The notes beneath the pieces were generated by a model. That model did no database searches, had not been told where the DNA came from, and worked only from the letters and a program-made list of their open reading frames with translations. From positions 952,902 through 1,016,901 of the forward strand of contig JAKVOB010000001.1 in assembly GCA_022483015.1 (NCBI GenBank): 64,000 nucleotides of DNA, read 5' to 3'. The first letter of the stretch is position 1. Every line of letters starts with the position of its first letter. This DNA comes from Atopobiaceae bacterium. Lineage in GTDB: Bacteria; Actinomycetota; Coriobacteriia; Coriobacteriales; Atopobiaceae. Below, piece after piece: positions 17,975 through 25,561 of the stretch. The translations under genes were made by a program, and so were the position numbers.

Positions 17975-18424
17975 TCATTCCTCCCACGAGTAGGCACCGA
18001 TGAGGTGACGTAGGCGGGCGCAGCGCTCTCCTACGATGGCGATGGATATGACGTCGACGCGTGCCTTCTTGCACTCTGGGTGCGCGAACAGGTAGCGCAT
18101 GGCGAGCCTGCGGTATGACTCCTGTCCCTCGACGTCGACGGCGAGCTCCGGCATGTAGGACTCCTCACCCAGGCGCACGTGCGTCCTGACGTCCACGAGG
18201 ACGACCTCCCCCTCGCTGTCGTCCGACGCCACGACGGGCACGCTGCCCTCCTCGCACGCGAAGCCGTCGTCGCCGACGACGTAGCCGCGCCTCTGGAGGT
18301 AGAGCCTGGTGAGCTTCTCTCCCTCGGACTCGACCTCGGTTGGCGTCATCTCGGCCACGGGCGTGGTCGCCTGCTCTTCCTGGTTGCCTGTTGCCTGCTG
18401 CTTGGTGCTCTCGTTGCTGCTCAT
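17975..18424 (-). CDS. YraN/UPF0102-family (PD-(D/E)xK-fold) protein with acidic N-terminal extension
   Basis: LTRLYLQRRGYVV...GEVVLVDVRTH...YRRLAMRYL...RVDVISIAI matches the family layout. Core positions look diverged (GSVPVV, LVDVRT). GC-rich again. Confidence 0.6.
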   Translation of the reverse strand: MSSNESTKQQATGNQEEQATTPVAEMTPTEVESEGEKLTRLYLQRRGYVVGDDGFACEEGSVPVVASDDSEGEVVLVDVRTHVRLGEESYMPELAVDVEGQESYRRLAMRYLFAHPECKKARVDVISIAIVGERCARLRHLIGAYSWEE

Positions 18425-18431
18425 GTTGGCT

Positions 18432-18635
18432 CCCTAGGACTTGGGGGGCCCTTTGCCCCCTCGATTAAGAGAGCAAGCAAGGTCCCTCCTCCCCGTCCGC
18501 GCGTCCTTGCGGGCGTGGCGCGGCGCGGACGGGGAGGAGGGACCGTCGGGGAGCGGGAAGAGGTGCTTGCTCCCCGTGCTAGCGTCTTAATCGAGGGGGC
18601 GAGACGTCGCGAGCGAAGCGAGCCCGCCCTAGGAC
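18432..18635. repeat. About 200-bp nested-palindrome element bounded by 9-bp direct repeats (CCCTAGGAC)
   Basis: Outer arms GCCCCCTCGATTAAGA (18455-18470) / TCTTAATCGAGGGGGC (18585-18600). Inner 22-bp arms 18481-18502 / 18523-18544. Direct repeats at 18432-18440 and 18627-18635. Confidence 0.45.
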
Positions 18636-18753
18636 CTGTCGTCTTGCTTGCGCTGGGCGGTTCATACGTATCTCCTGACGTAACACCTCGATATATGGTC
18701 TTTCCTTGGGTACGATATGAAGCGATAGTCCGACAACGGCGAAGGCGGCTGCC

Positions 18754-19101
18754 ATGGAGTGGGTCTACCAAGATGTCGTTGTCGAGACGGTCGACTGGTT
18801 TGCGCGAAGGGCCATTCCCGATTCAGGTAACTGGCATGGTGAGAGCTACCGAATCCAGCAGGTAGCAATGATTGGCGGGAGCGCTTGGAGGGTCGAGATC
18901 GACATTCCTACCTCCGCTGAGGATGCTTGGCTGAGTTTCATCATCGAGGCCTCTGATGAGACTGGCGAGACGTCCGTTTCCGACATTGAGTGTGTGCGTG
19001 GAGGACGTGCTGAGCATTTCTACGAGACATATAGCTGGAATGACAACTCGGGGGAGTGGGCAGTAATTGATCTCTTGGATGGTGACTCCTCTCAATCTTG
19101 A
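18754..19101 (+). CDS. Hypothetical acidic protein (115 aa)
   Basis: Coherent translation in a lower-GC block. Same strand as, and 109 nt upstream of, the 368-aa ORF. No recognisable motif. Confidence 0.5.
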   Translation: MEWVYQDVVVETVDWFARRAIPDSGNWHGESYRIQQVAMIGGSAWRVEIDIPTSAEDAWLSFIIEASDETGETSVSDIECVRGGRAEHFYETYSWNDNSGEWAVIDLLDGDSSQS

Positions 19102-19210
19102 TTGTATGGTCTATCTGAGGTCCTTGCCTATATGCTGATGGGCCTACTGTTTTGAACGGTGCTTTCGATATGGGCCGTGAGCTGCCTGGCGATTTAGCGA
19201 GAGGGATAGT

Positions 19211-20317
19211 ATGCCTGACGATATGGAAGAATCGCCTGTCTGTAGCGAGGTCGGCATGCCCGACTACTTGGGGGTCTTCACCACATCAATGAAGACCTAC
19301 AGGCGGTTCTCCGAACACCTGCCGGTGAATGGCCATGTTGTCGATCTGGCTAATGGCGCGAAGAAGGCATCGGACGTTGTTGGCGAGACCAACGAATCAG
19401 ACTACTTTGGTGTCATGATTCGTCTCATGCTCCAGAGGAAGTACTTCCAACGTGGCGGGGATCACAAGAAGCCCAATCCCCTGTTTATAAGAAACCTTGT
19501 CAAGACCGCGCAGGGCAGTTATCCAGATCAGTCTGACACGTGGCAGCACGTCCTAGAGAGACTCGATGATCTCAAAAAATGCGAGGTTCAAGTCTCTCTC
19601 CCGGATGGAACAGTTCAAGCTGGTTTCTTTGATAACGTCCAGGATGTTACATATGGAGCACTTCTTCATGCCGATCCAGACAAGCTCGAACGGGTTGCCC
19701 AGATTCCGGAGTCTATGCAGACCATATATGTCGGTGAATACGTTATGGCGCGGGAGAGAATACTGGTCGACTTTTCTGATGCCCTGCAGGCGTCGGGAGT
19801 GAAGACGCTTGATTCTCATAAGACCGAACGGAAGGCGTCGGTCTACATGGGACTTCAGGAGGGGTCTGTTGGGAGATCCATCTCTGGGTCGCCTTGTTGG
19901 TCAGGTCTTGTGGGTCGAGATATGGACGATGATGAAATTGCAGACACCGTTTTAAAGAGTGACAGCCTAGAAGACCTATATGTAATTCAAGTCTGCAGCC
20001 AGTTCGTTTCAGAGCTTCTTGAGGACCAACCTGACGTAACAAAGCTAAGCGCAATGGTTGCTCCATGGCTTAGAGAAGAGTGGGGGGACTTTTCGGAGGC
20101 AGCCCAAAAGGTTAAGAACGTTCGCAACATTGGGTTTTCACATACTGTCGATTATAGGGATGGTGGCATTGGAGCCGTCGTTAAGATGCTGCCTGATGTA
20201 GAAGCGGCGTTTTGTGTCGAGGGGCCTCAGCTAATCGAAGACGGTGAGGTCGGTTTAGTCAAAACCGGCCAGGGATGGAAAGTGATGCGCCTCTATCCCC
20301 CACAATATGGACAATGA
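19211..20317 (+). CDS. Hypothetical protein (368 aa), no recognisable domain
   Basis: Long non-repetitive ORF in a lower-GC block with no competing ORF of similar quality. GAGAGGGATAG lies before the ATG. Confidence 0.65.
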   Translation: MPDDMEESPVCSEVGMPDYLGVFTTSMKTYRRFSEHLPVNGHVVDLANGAKKASDVVGETNESDYFGVMIRLMLQRKYFQRGGDHKKPNPLFIRNLVKTAQGSYPDQSDTWQHVLERLDDLKKCEVQVSLPDGTVQAGFFDNVQDVTYGALLHADPDKLERVAQIPESMQTIYVGEYVMARERILVDFSDALQASGVKTLDSHKTERKASVYMGLQEGSVGRSISGSPCWSGLVGRDMDDDEIADTVLKSDSLEDLYVIQVCSQFVSELLEDQPDVTKLSAMVAPWLREEWGDFSEAAQKVKNVRNIGFSHTVDYRDGGIGAVVKMLPDVEAAFCVEGPQLIEDGEVGLVKTGQGWKVMRLYPPQYGQ

Positions 20318-20377
20318 TCATAGGCTGTTCTGGTTCAATTTGTACGTTAAAGAATCAGGCGAATGCCTCATGCGATG

Positions 20378-21643
20378 CTATTTCGCCTTGGCTGTTTTGT
20401 TACTCCGGCCGTCCGTGCTTGGGAACAGTAGAACCGTGCCTCCCTTGTCGGGTTCCGGCCTCCTGCTCATGACATCGTCGATGGTCTTCGCCGCGGCCCT
20501 CTTGGAGGCCGGGTCTGCGCTCGCGTAGATGTCGAGCGTCATCGAGGCGTTGGCATGCCCCAGGATCGAGCTCACGGTCTTCACGTCCACGCCCTCGGCG
20601 ATGGCGAAGGTGGCGAACGTGTGCCTGAGGTCGTGGAACGAGGGTACCCTGCCCTGCGTGCCCACGAGCCCCATCGAGCTCGCGAGCGCGTTCCACTGCT
20701 TCCAGACGGTGAAGACGCTCGCATATCCCCCGCGGACGTCGCCCAGCACGTAGAGCTGCGCCATGCGCTCGCGGGAGTCGTCGAGGTCGGCCTCGAGCCG
20801 CTCGGCCCTCATCTCGCGGTAGCGGTGTCGGAGCGGCCCCACGAGCGCCTCGGCCATGGGGACGTCGCGCCTGCCGCTCGCCGTCTTGGGCTCCTTCACG
20901 TAGGTCCTGCCGCCGTCGCGGGCGATGGCGCGCCTCACCCACACGGTCCTCGCGTCGAAGTCGACGTCGCCCCACCTGAGCGCGCAGATCTCGCCCTGCC
21001 TCATGCCGGTCATGAGGGCGATGGTGACGGCGAGGTTGAAGGGCGTGTCGGCCGCCGCCTCGAGGTAGGCGAGGAGCGTCCTCCTCTGGTCGTCCGGGAG
21101 CGCGTTCGGCATCGTGCGGGCGACCTTCGGCGCCCTCACGCGTGCGACGGGGTTGCGGTCGAGCAGGCCGTCCTCTATGGCCTCCTCGCACACGGTCTTG
21201 AGGAGGACGTGCGCCTTCCTCACGGTCTTGGGGGAGAGGCCGCGTTCGGGACCCATGAGGTCCGCCTCCCATGCCTGGACGTCCTCCGTCGTGAGGTCAC
21301 GCATCGCTATGCCGCAGAGCCCCTCGTCGGCATAGCCTACGTCGCATCGGTAGCCGCGAATCGTGGTCCTCTCCACGGACCTGGACGTCTCGAGCGTGTC
21401 GACGTAGTGGCTCATGTAGTCGATGACGGTGATGTCCGGCCTCATCGACGTCCTCGGCTTGCGCCCTCCCGCACGCCTCTCGAGCGTCGCTCGCACCTCG
21501 GCGAGCTCCCGTTTGGCGTCGCGCATGTTGGACGCCTCGAGCGTGCGGCTCGTCTGGTGCCACCGCCCGTCGCCGTCCTTGTACTTGAAGATCCCGCGGT
21601 AGGGAGGGACGTCTCCCCGGACGAAGCAGTTCGTATATAACAT
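20378..21643 (-). CDS. int: Tyrosine recombinase / integrase of the ICE
   Basis: C-terminal catalytic region ...GMRQGEICALRWGDVD...HDLRHTFATFAIAEGVDVKTVSSILGHANASMTLDIYA. Adjacent to the tRNA-derived att repeat. Confidence 0.93.
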   Translation of the reverse strand: MLYTNCFVRGDVPPYRGIFKYKDGDGRWHQTSRTLEASNMRDAKRELAEVRATLERRAGGRKPRTSMRPDITVIDYMSHYVDTLETSRSVERTTIRGYRCDVGYADEGLCGIAMRDLTTEDVQAWEADLMGPERGLSPKTVRKAHVLLKTVCEEAIEDGLLDRNPVARVRAPKVARTMPNALPDDQRRTLLAYLEAAADTPFNLAVTIALMTGMRQGEICALRWGDVDFDARTVWVRRAIARDGGRTYVKEPKTASGRRDVPMAEALVGPLRHRYREMRAERLEADLDDSRERMAQLYVLGDVRGGYASVFTVWKQWNALASSMGLVGTQGRVPSFHDLRHTFATFAIAEGVDVKTVSSILGHANASMTLDIYASADPASKRAAAKTIDDVMSRRPEPDKGGTVLLFPSTDGRSNKTAKAK

Positions 21644-21659
21644 TCATTCCACCTCTTAT

Positions 21660-21692
21660 GCACCAAGGGGCCTTGGTGCGCGCGCACCAAAT
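21660..21692. promoter_or_regulatory. Overlapping-palindrome motif (three GCACCAA half-sites) in the integrase upstream region, copy 1 of 3
   Basis: GCACCAAGGGGCCTTGGTGCGCGCGCACCAAAT, 17 nt upstream of the int start. The same motif occurs at 24135-24166 and 44201-44233. Confidence 0.5.
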
Positions 21693-21744
21693 CCCGATTA
21701 CCGTGCAGTCCTGTCTTGGCAAAGTTGTACCACGCTGTCCTGGT

Positions 21745-21930
21745 ACCAGCGGCGACGTTGGCCGTATTGGCGAGCATGGCGAGAACGAACATCAAATATT
21801 ATCGACTCATAACCCGGAGGTCGTTGGTTCAAATCCAGCCCCCGCGACCAAAAACATGCAGGTCATCGACGAGAGTCGGTGGCCTGTTTTTGTGTTGGTA
21901 CTACGTTGGTACTGCTTTGGTACTACAGGC
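21745..21930 (+). repeat. Extended att-region direct repeat (arm + tRNA core + hairpin + 3x TTGGTACT)
   Basis: Near-identical to 34551-34735. The first 106 nt are also near-identical to 44286-44391. Confidence 0.85.
21806..21850 (+). repeat. att core: 3' 45 nt of an initiator-like tRNA-Met(CAU), not a complete tRNA
   Basis: CTCATAACCCGGAGGTCGTTGGTTCAAATCCAGCCCCCGCGACCA contains the anticodon loop, the 3' anticodon stem CCC, the T-arm and the acceptor 3' strand + CCA. No matching 5' half (CGCGGGG...) lies upstream. Confidence 0.85.
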
Positions 21931-22218
21931 CATAGTGGTCGTACAACCCAGAATAAGTGCATAACCTGTGGCGCCGTGGTTCCCTTGGGACAGGGACGGA
22001 TGGTCCCCCTCCCGCCGGGCCCACCATCCACGGACCGAGACACACGAACACGACGGTCCTCTCGAAGTGGGCACCAAGACGACGATGGGCATAGCGAGGC
22101 TGACCCGATTCCATTGGTGGGAGCATCTCCATGTGTCGGTTCCGGTCTTGCTGGTACCATTGACAAATGATGGGCCATGGGCAGATGGAGCAGTGCCCAG
22201 AAGATGATGCGAGGACAT

Positions 22219-23661
22219 ATGACACAGTGCCCGGTGACAGACAACGATGTCAGTAAGCTCTCTGCGGCAAAGGAGAACCATTACTATGACCGCAAGAGCG
22301 CGCGTATCAAGCCGGACCATCTGGCGCAGCACATCGTCGCCCTCGCCAACGCAGCAGGCGGGAAGCTTGCTATCGGGATCGAGGACGACGGCGAGGTAAC
22401 GGGATTCAAGGCTGACGGCGCACAGACCATCGAGGGCTTCGAGCAATGTGCAATCATGGACTGTCTGCCTGCTCCGGACGTGACCTCTATCCGCATTCCC
22501 GTCATAAATTCAAGGGGTCAGGAGGATCTCGTCCTCGTACTCGACGTCGCGCCATCGAGCGATCGGGTCATCGGCCGCAAGAAGGACGGCAAGGTGTTCT
22601 TGAGGCAGGGCGACAAGAGCCCGGAGCTCAGCCATGAGCAGATTCGTGCCCTCGAGTACGACAAGAGCCAGCGTGTCTTCGAGGACGAGCTCGTCCCCGA
22701 CTCATCGATCGGAGACGTCGACCACGAGGTGCTCGACCGCTACAAGGTGATCCTCGGCACAGATGCTACGGACGAGCAGGTGCTCGAGAGCCGTAGGTTC
22801 ATGCGTGACGGCAGGCTCACCGTCGCGGGTGCCCTGCTGTTCGCCGAGGACCCCTCGTCCTTCATGCCCCAGGCGCGTGTCAGGGTGCTCCGCTTCGACG
22901 GGACGAAGATGGAGACCGGAGAGCGACTCAACATATCGAAGGACAGGACCTTCGACGGCCCCATTCCCAAGGTCGTGGACGGTGCCTATACCCTCATCTC
23001 GAGCATGCTCAGGGAGTTCCAGTTCCTTGGCCCGGACGGCAAGTTCCAGGTCGTTCCGGAGTATCCCGAGTTCGCCTGGTTCGAGGGTATCGTCAACGCG
23101 GTGACTCACAGGGACTATGCCTTCCGTGGCGACTACATCCGTGTCTCCATGTACGATGACAGGCTGGAGATACTGAGCCCCGGCAAGCTCCCCAACACGG
23201 TGACGCTCGACAACATGCGCACCACCCGCTACTCCCGTAACCCCAGGATCGCCCGGACCCTCGTCGAGTTCGGCTGGGTGCGCGAGCTCAACGAGGGGGT
23301 CCAGCGTATCTACTCTGAGATGCAGCGAATGCTGCTCAACGATCCGGTCTACACCGAACCGGAGGGGTCGAGGGTGCAGCTCACCTTGGAGAACAACATC
23401 GTCGCTCGCACGGTCAGGCGTAAGGAGGCCCTCGACGACAGGCTGTCCGAGGAAGTCATGTCGAGCCTCGGGGAGTATGAGCTTGCCGCTGTCCAGCTTG
23501 CCTTCGCGAACGGACATGTCACCACGAGGGAGTTGGCCGGCCGCATCGGACGGAGCACCCGTTCGGCCAGCAAGGCTCTCAAGGACCTGGCCTCACGTGG
23601 AATTCTGCACTGGCATGGGAGCTCGAGGAACGATCCCGCCCAACGCTACTCCCTTGACTGA
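22219..23661 (+). CDS. Schlafen/AlbA_2-domain + HATPase_c_4-like putative DNA-binding ATP-binding protein with C-terminal wHTH
   Basis: HIVALANAAGGKLAIGIEDDGEVTGF (AlbA_2-like). NAVTHRDYAFRGDYIRVSMYDDRLEILSPGKLPN...SRNPRIARTL (RecG C-terminal-like ATPase fold). Start chosen at ATG 22219. Confidence 0.75.
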   Translation: MTQCPVTDNDVSKLSAAKENHYYDRKSARIKPDHLAQHIVALANAAGGKLAIGIEDDGEVTGFKADGAQTIEGFEQCAIMDCLPAPDVTSIRIPVINSRGQEDLVLVLDVAPSSDRVIGRKKDGKVFLRQGDKSPELSHEQIRALEYDKSQRVFEDELVPDSSIGDVDHEVLDRYKVILGTDATDEQVLESRRFMRDGRLTVAGALLFAEDPSSFMPQARVRVLRFDGTKMETGERLNISKDRTFDGPIPKVVDGAYTLISSMLREFQFLGPDGKFQVVPEYPEFAWFEGIVNAVTHRDYAFRGDYIRVSMYDDRLEILSPGKLPNTVTLDNMRTTRYSRNPRIARTLVEFGWVRELNEGVQRIYSEMQRMLLNDPVYTEPEGSRVQLTLENNIVARTVRRKEALDDRLSEEVMSSLGEYELAAVQLAFANGHVTTRELAGRIGRSTRSASKALKDLASRGILHWHGSSRNDPAQRYSLD

Positions 23662-23672
23662 GCCACCTGTTC

Positions 23673-23723
23673 ATTTCGGAGTATTTCGGAGTATTTCGGA
23701 GTAGTTTCGGAGTATTTCGGAGT
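23673..23723 (+). repeat. Five tandem 10/11-bp direct repeats (ATTTCGGAGT)
   Basis: ATTTCGGAGT x3, AGTTTCGGAGT, ATTTCGGAGT, starting 12 nt after the stop at 23661. Confidence 0.9.
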
Positions 23724-23788
23724 GTCCGGGGAGAGAGCCTATGACGGTCATTTGGCAATCGGGTCCTGGGGAGAACCCATAGACAGGG

Positions 23789-23822
23789 CCTCTCGATTAT
23801 GCCCATGGGCATAATCGAGAGG
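23789..23822. repeat. Perfect 34-bp palindrome
   Basis: CCTCTCGATTATGCCCATGGGCATAATCGAGAGG, self-complementary over its full length. Confidence 0.9.
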
Positions 23823-24043
23823 AGAGCCATGGAAATGGCCCTCGAATTGGCTACAGGGACGATGGCGGCCGCTTCCGGTCAGGGGAGTGCTCGCCCATGG
23901 CCCATCCGCGTGTGAAGAATTCCCGTCCAATACCACCGTACGAAGAATCGGCGAAGAGAGCCCTGACAAAGGACGACAGGGGAGGCACGAGGTAAGGCGA
24001 CCGATACCACCGTTCGATACGGTCGGGTAACCCTCATATCGAG

Positions 24044-24087
24044 CCATAACCCGGAGGCCGTTTGTTCAAATCCAGCCCCCGCGACCA
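24044..24087 (+). repeat. att core copy 2 (diverged tRNA-Met 3' fragment)
   Basis: CCATAACCCGGAGGCCGTTTGTTCAAATCCAGCCCCCGCGACCA, followed by the hairpin GGCCATCGG-cttgtc-CGATGGCC. Confidence 0.8.
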
Positions 24088-24134
24088 AAGGCACGCAGGC
24101 CATCGGCTTGTCCGATGGCCTGGATTAGTGTCTT

Positions 24135-24166
24135 GCACCAAGGCCCTTGGTGCGCGCGCACCAAAT
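24135..24166. promoter_or_regulatory. Overlapping-palindrome motif, copy 2 of 3 (no adjacent integrase)
   Basis: GCACCAAGGCCCTTGGTGCGCGCGCACCAAAT. Confidence 0.45.
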
Positions 24167-24521
24167 AGCGTGCGAATGGGCTTTCTATGGAGGCCAATCC
24201 GCTGCAAGTTATCCCGACGCCGTCAACGGTGCCAGACAATCCCAAACCGCCTCAAATCGGTCATCGGAGGACGTCCTCGACGTCCCCGCAGGTCTTCGCC
24301 AAGAGCGCGAGAATGGTCGTTCTGTGACTCCTGGCCCTGCAAGATGCTAGGAGACCCTAGACCCTTCTCTTTGTGATGCCGCATGGGCAGGTCGTCCTGG
24401 TCTGCCCTTTGCACCAAGTCGACGGCAGGAGATCGGAGCAAGGATGACAGCGAGTCACATGGCACCAAACGGTGAGGTCGGAGTTTCTCCAAGGCGCGAG
24501 CCAGAGCTTATAGGCGTGAGA

Positions 24522-24552
24522 GAGGCGGGGGAATAAGTGATCCCCCCGCCTC
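24522..24552. terminator. Stem-loop downstream of rhaD
   Basis: GAGGCGGGGG-aataagtgatc-CCCCCGCCTC. Confidence 0.55.
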
Positions 24553-24634
24553 CCTGAAGCTCGAAGCAGCTTCTTTAGCTGTCGTGGATAATGCTATTGA
24601 CTTGGCCCCTTGACCCAGTCAAAGGGCTGATGTC

Positions 24635-25468
24635 CTAGTCAACAAACGTCTCATTGATGCTGATGCCAAAGTCGTGGCAAGTGTCTTTGAGTCCCTGATC
24701 TGGAATTGTGTTCATGAAGCCATCGGACCCACCATTCGCAGCGCGTGTGGCGATGTAGAGCTCGGCCGCCTTCTCGATGGTGTGGACGAGTCCGAACGTG
24801 GTATCGAAGTCGGGGCCCGTACCAAAGAGGCCATGCTGGGCCCAGACGGCCGCATCGTAGGTCTTCATGACCTCTGAGGTGGCCTTCGCAATGGCAGGGC
24901 CACCGGGCACCATCCAAGGCACCACACCGACTCCCTGTGGGAACACGACTACGCACTCCGTCATCATCTGCCAGAGGATGCGCGTGAATGTGCGGTTCTC
25001 AAGCGGCACGAGGTAGCTCATCTCGATGATGCCTGGTGTGTGGGCGTGGTAGATCACACGGTTCTCCCCATTGGTGCGTGCCATGGTGACCGAGTGGTTC
25101 ATGAAGTGACTCTCGAACTCACTCGTGGGGCGGGCCCCGTCGAGCAGACCCCAGACGATGCGGAAGGCATCGCCGGTCTCGCTGATCTCTATGATGCCAA
25201 TGTTGTGTTCCGGGTCCTCGAGCACGTTGTGCATGAACTTGCCGGAGCCGGTGGTCACGAAGAAGGCGTTGCGCAGGTTGTTGGCTGAGACACCCATCTG
25301 CGTCCACTCCCGTGGTGCATCGTCAAAGAAGGCGCGGGCTTGCTCGACCTCCTCGTCGCGCATGCGATAGGTGAGGTTGCCGCCGTTGCGCTCATGCCAT
25401 CCCAACTGGTCACCGTGCTGGCACATGAGGCAGAATCTCTGGATGAACTGTAGGTTGTGCATTGCCAT
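24635..25468 (-). CDS. rhaD: Rhamnulose-1-phosphate aldolase (class II aldolase)
   Basis: 277 aa. ...GWHERNGGNLTYRM...VIYHAHTPG...VWAQHGLFGTG. Last gene of the rhaB-rhaA-rhaD string. Confidence 0.85.
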   Translation of the reverse strand: MAMHNLQFIQRFCLMCQHGDQLGWHERNGGNLTYRMRDEEVEQARAFFDDAPREWTQMGVSANNLRNAFFVTTGSGKFMHNVLEDPEHNIGIIEISETGDAFRIVWGLLDGARPTSEFESHFMNHSVTMARTNGENRVIYHAHTPGIIEMSYLVPLENRTFTRILWQMMTECVVVFPQGVGVVPWMVPGGPAIAKATSEVMKTYDAAVWAQHGLFGTGPDFDTTFGLVHTIEKAAELYIATRAANGGSDGFMNTIPDQGLKDTCHDFGISINETFVD

Positions 25469-25561
25469 GATGTTCTGATCCCTTCTTTGGTCAGTCGACC
25501 GTCAGCATCTTCGGGCTGGGGTGTGTTACTTGCACCCGGCATGGGACGGCGGCTCCTGTTT

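Larger units (their letters stand above)
1..21850. mobile_element. Distal part of an integrative conjugative element (ICE); the left boundary lies outside the window and the right boundary is the att repeat at 21806-21850
   Basis: Co-directional conjugation genes (PG hydrolase, VirB6/TrbL-like, LPXTG adhesin, ArdC), a MobC+relaxase pair, lower-GC cargo blocks, and a tyrosine integrase immediately left of a tRNA-Met 3' fragment. Confidence 0.75.
21851..24087. mobile_element. Island remnant B between att copies 1 and 2 (no integrase)
   Basis: Bounded by tRNA-fragment repeats. The left end carries the TTGGTACT arm repeats. The right arm differs from the other copies. Confidence 0.45.

Noticed and set aside
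21806-21850. The four tRNA-like segments (21806, 24044, 34612, 44347) as functional tRNA-Met genes
   Set aside because: Each contains only the anticodon loop, T-arm and acceptor 3' strand. The sequence upstream cannot form the acceptor 5' strand (CGCGGGG), the D-arm or the 5' anticodon stem. They are treated as att-site remnants. A tRNA-finder run should confirm this.
23673-23723. CRISPR array
   Set aside because: The repeats are only 10-11 bp, directly abutting, and have no spacers. There is no other regularly spaced repeat-spacer pattern and no cas genes in the window.
23725-24087. A structured RNA ending in a tRNA-like 3' end (tmRNA, or a tRNA with a group I intron) in the non-coding stretch before att copy 2
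   Set aside because: The 3' end is the tRNA-Met acceptor rather than a tmRNA-type Ala acceptor. I found no tag-ORF or resume-codon context and no 5' acceptor partner anywhere upstream. The att-remnant explanation is simpler.
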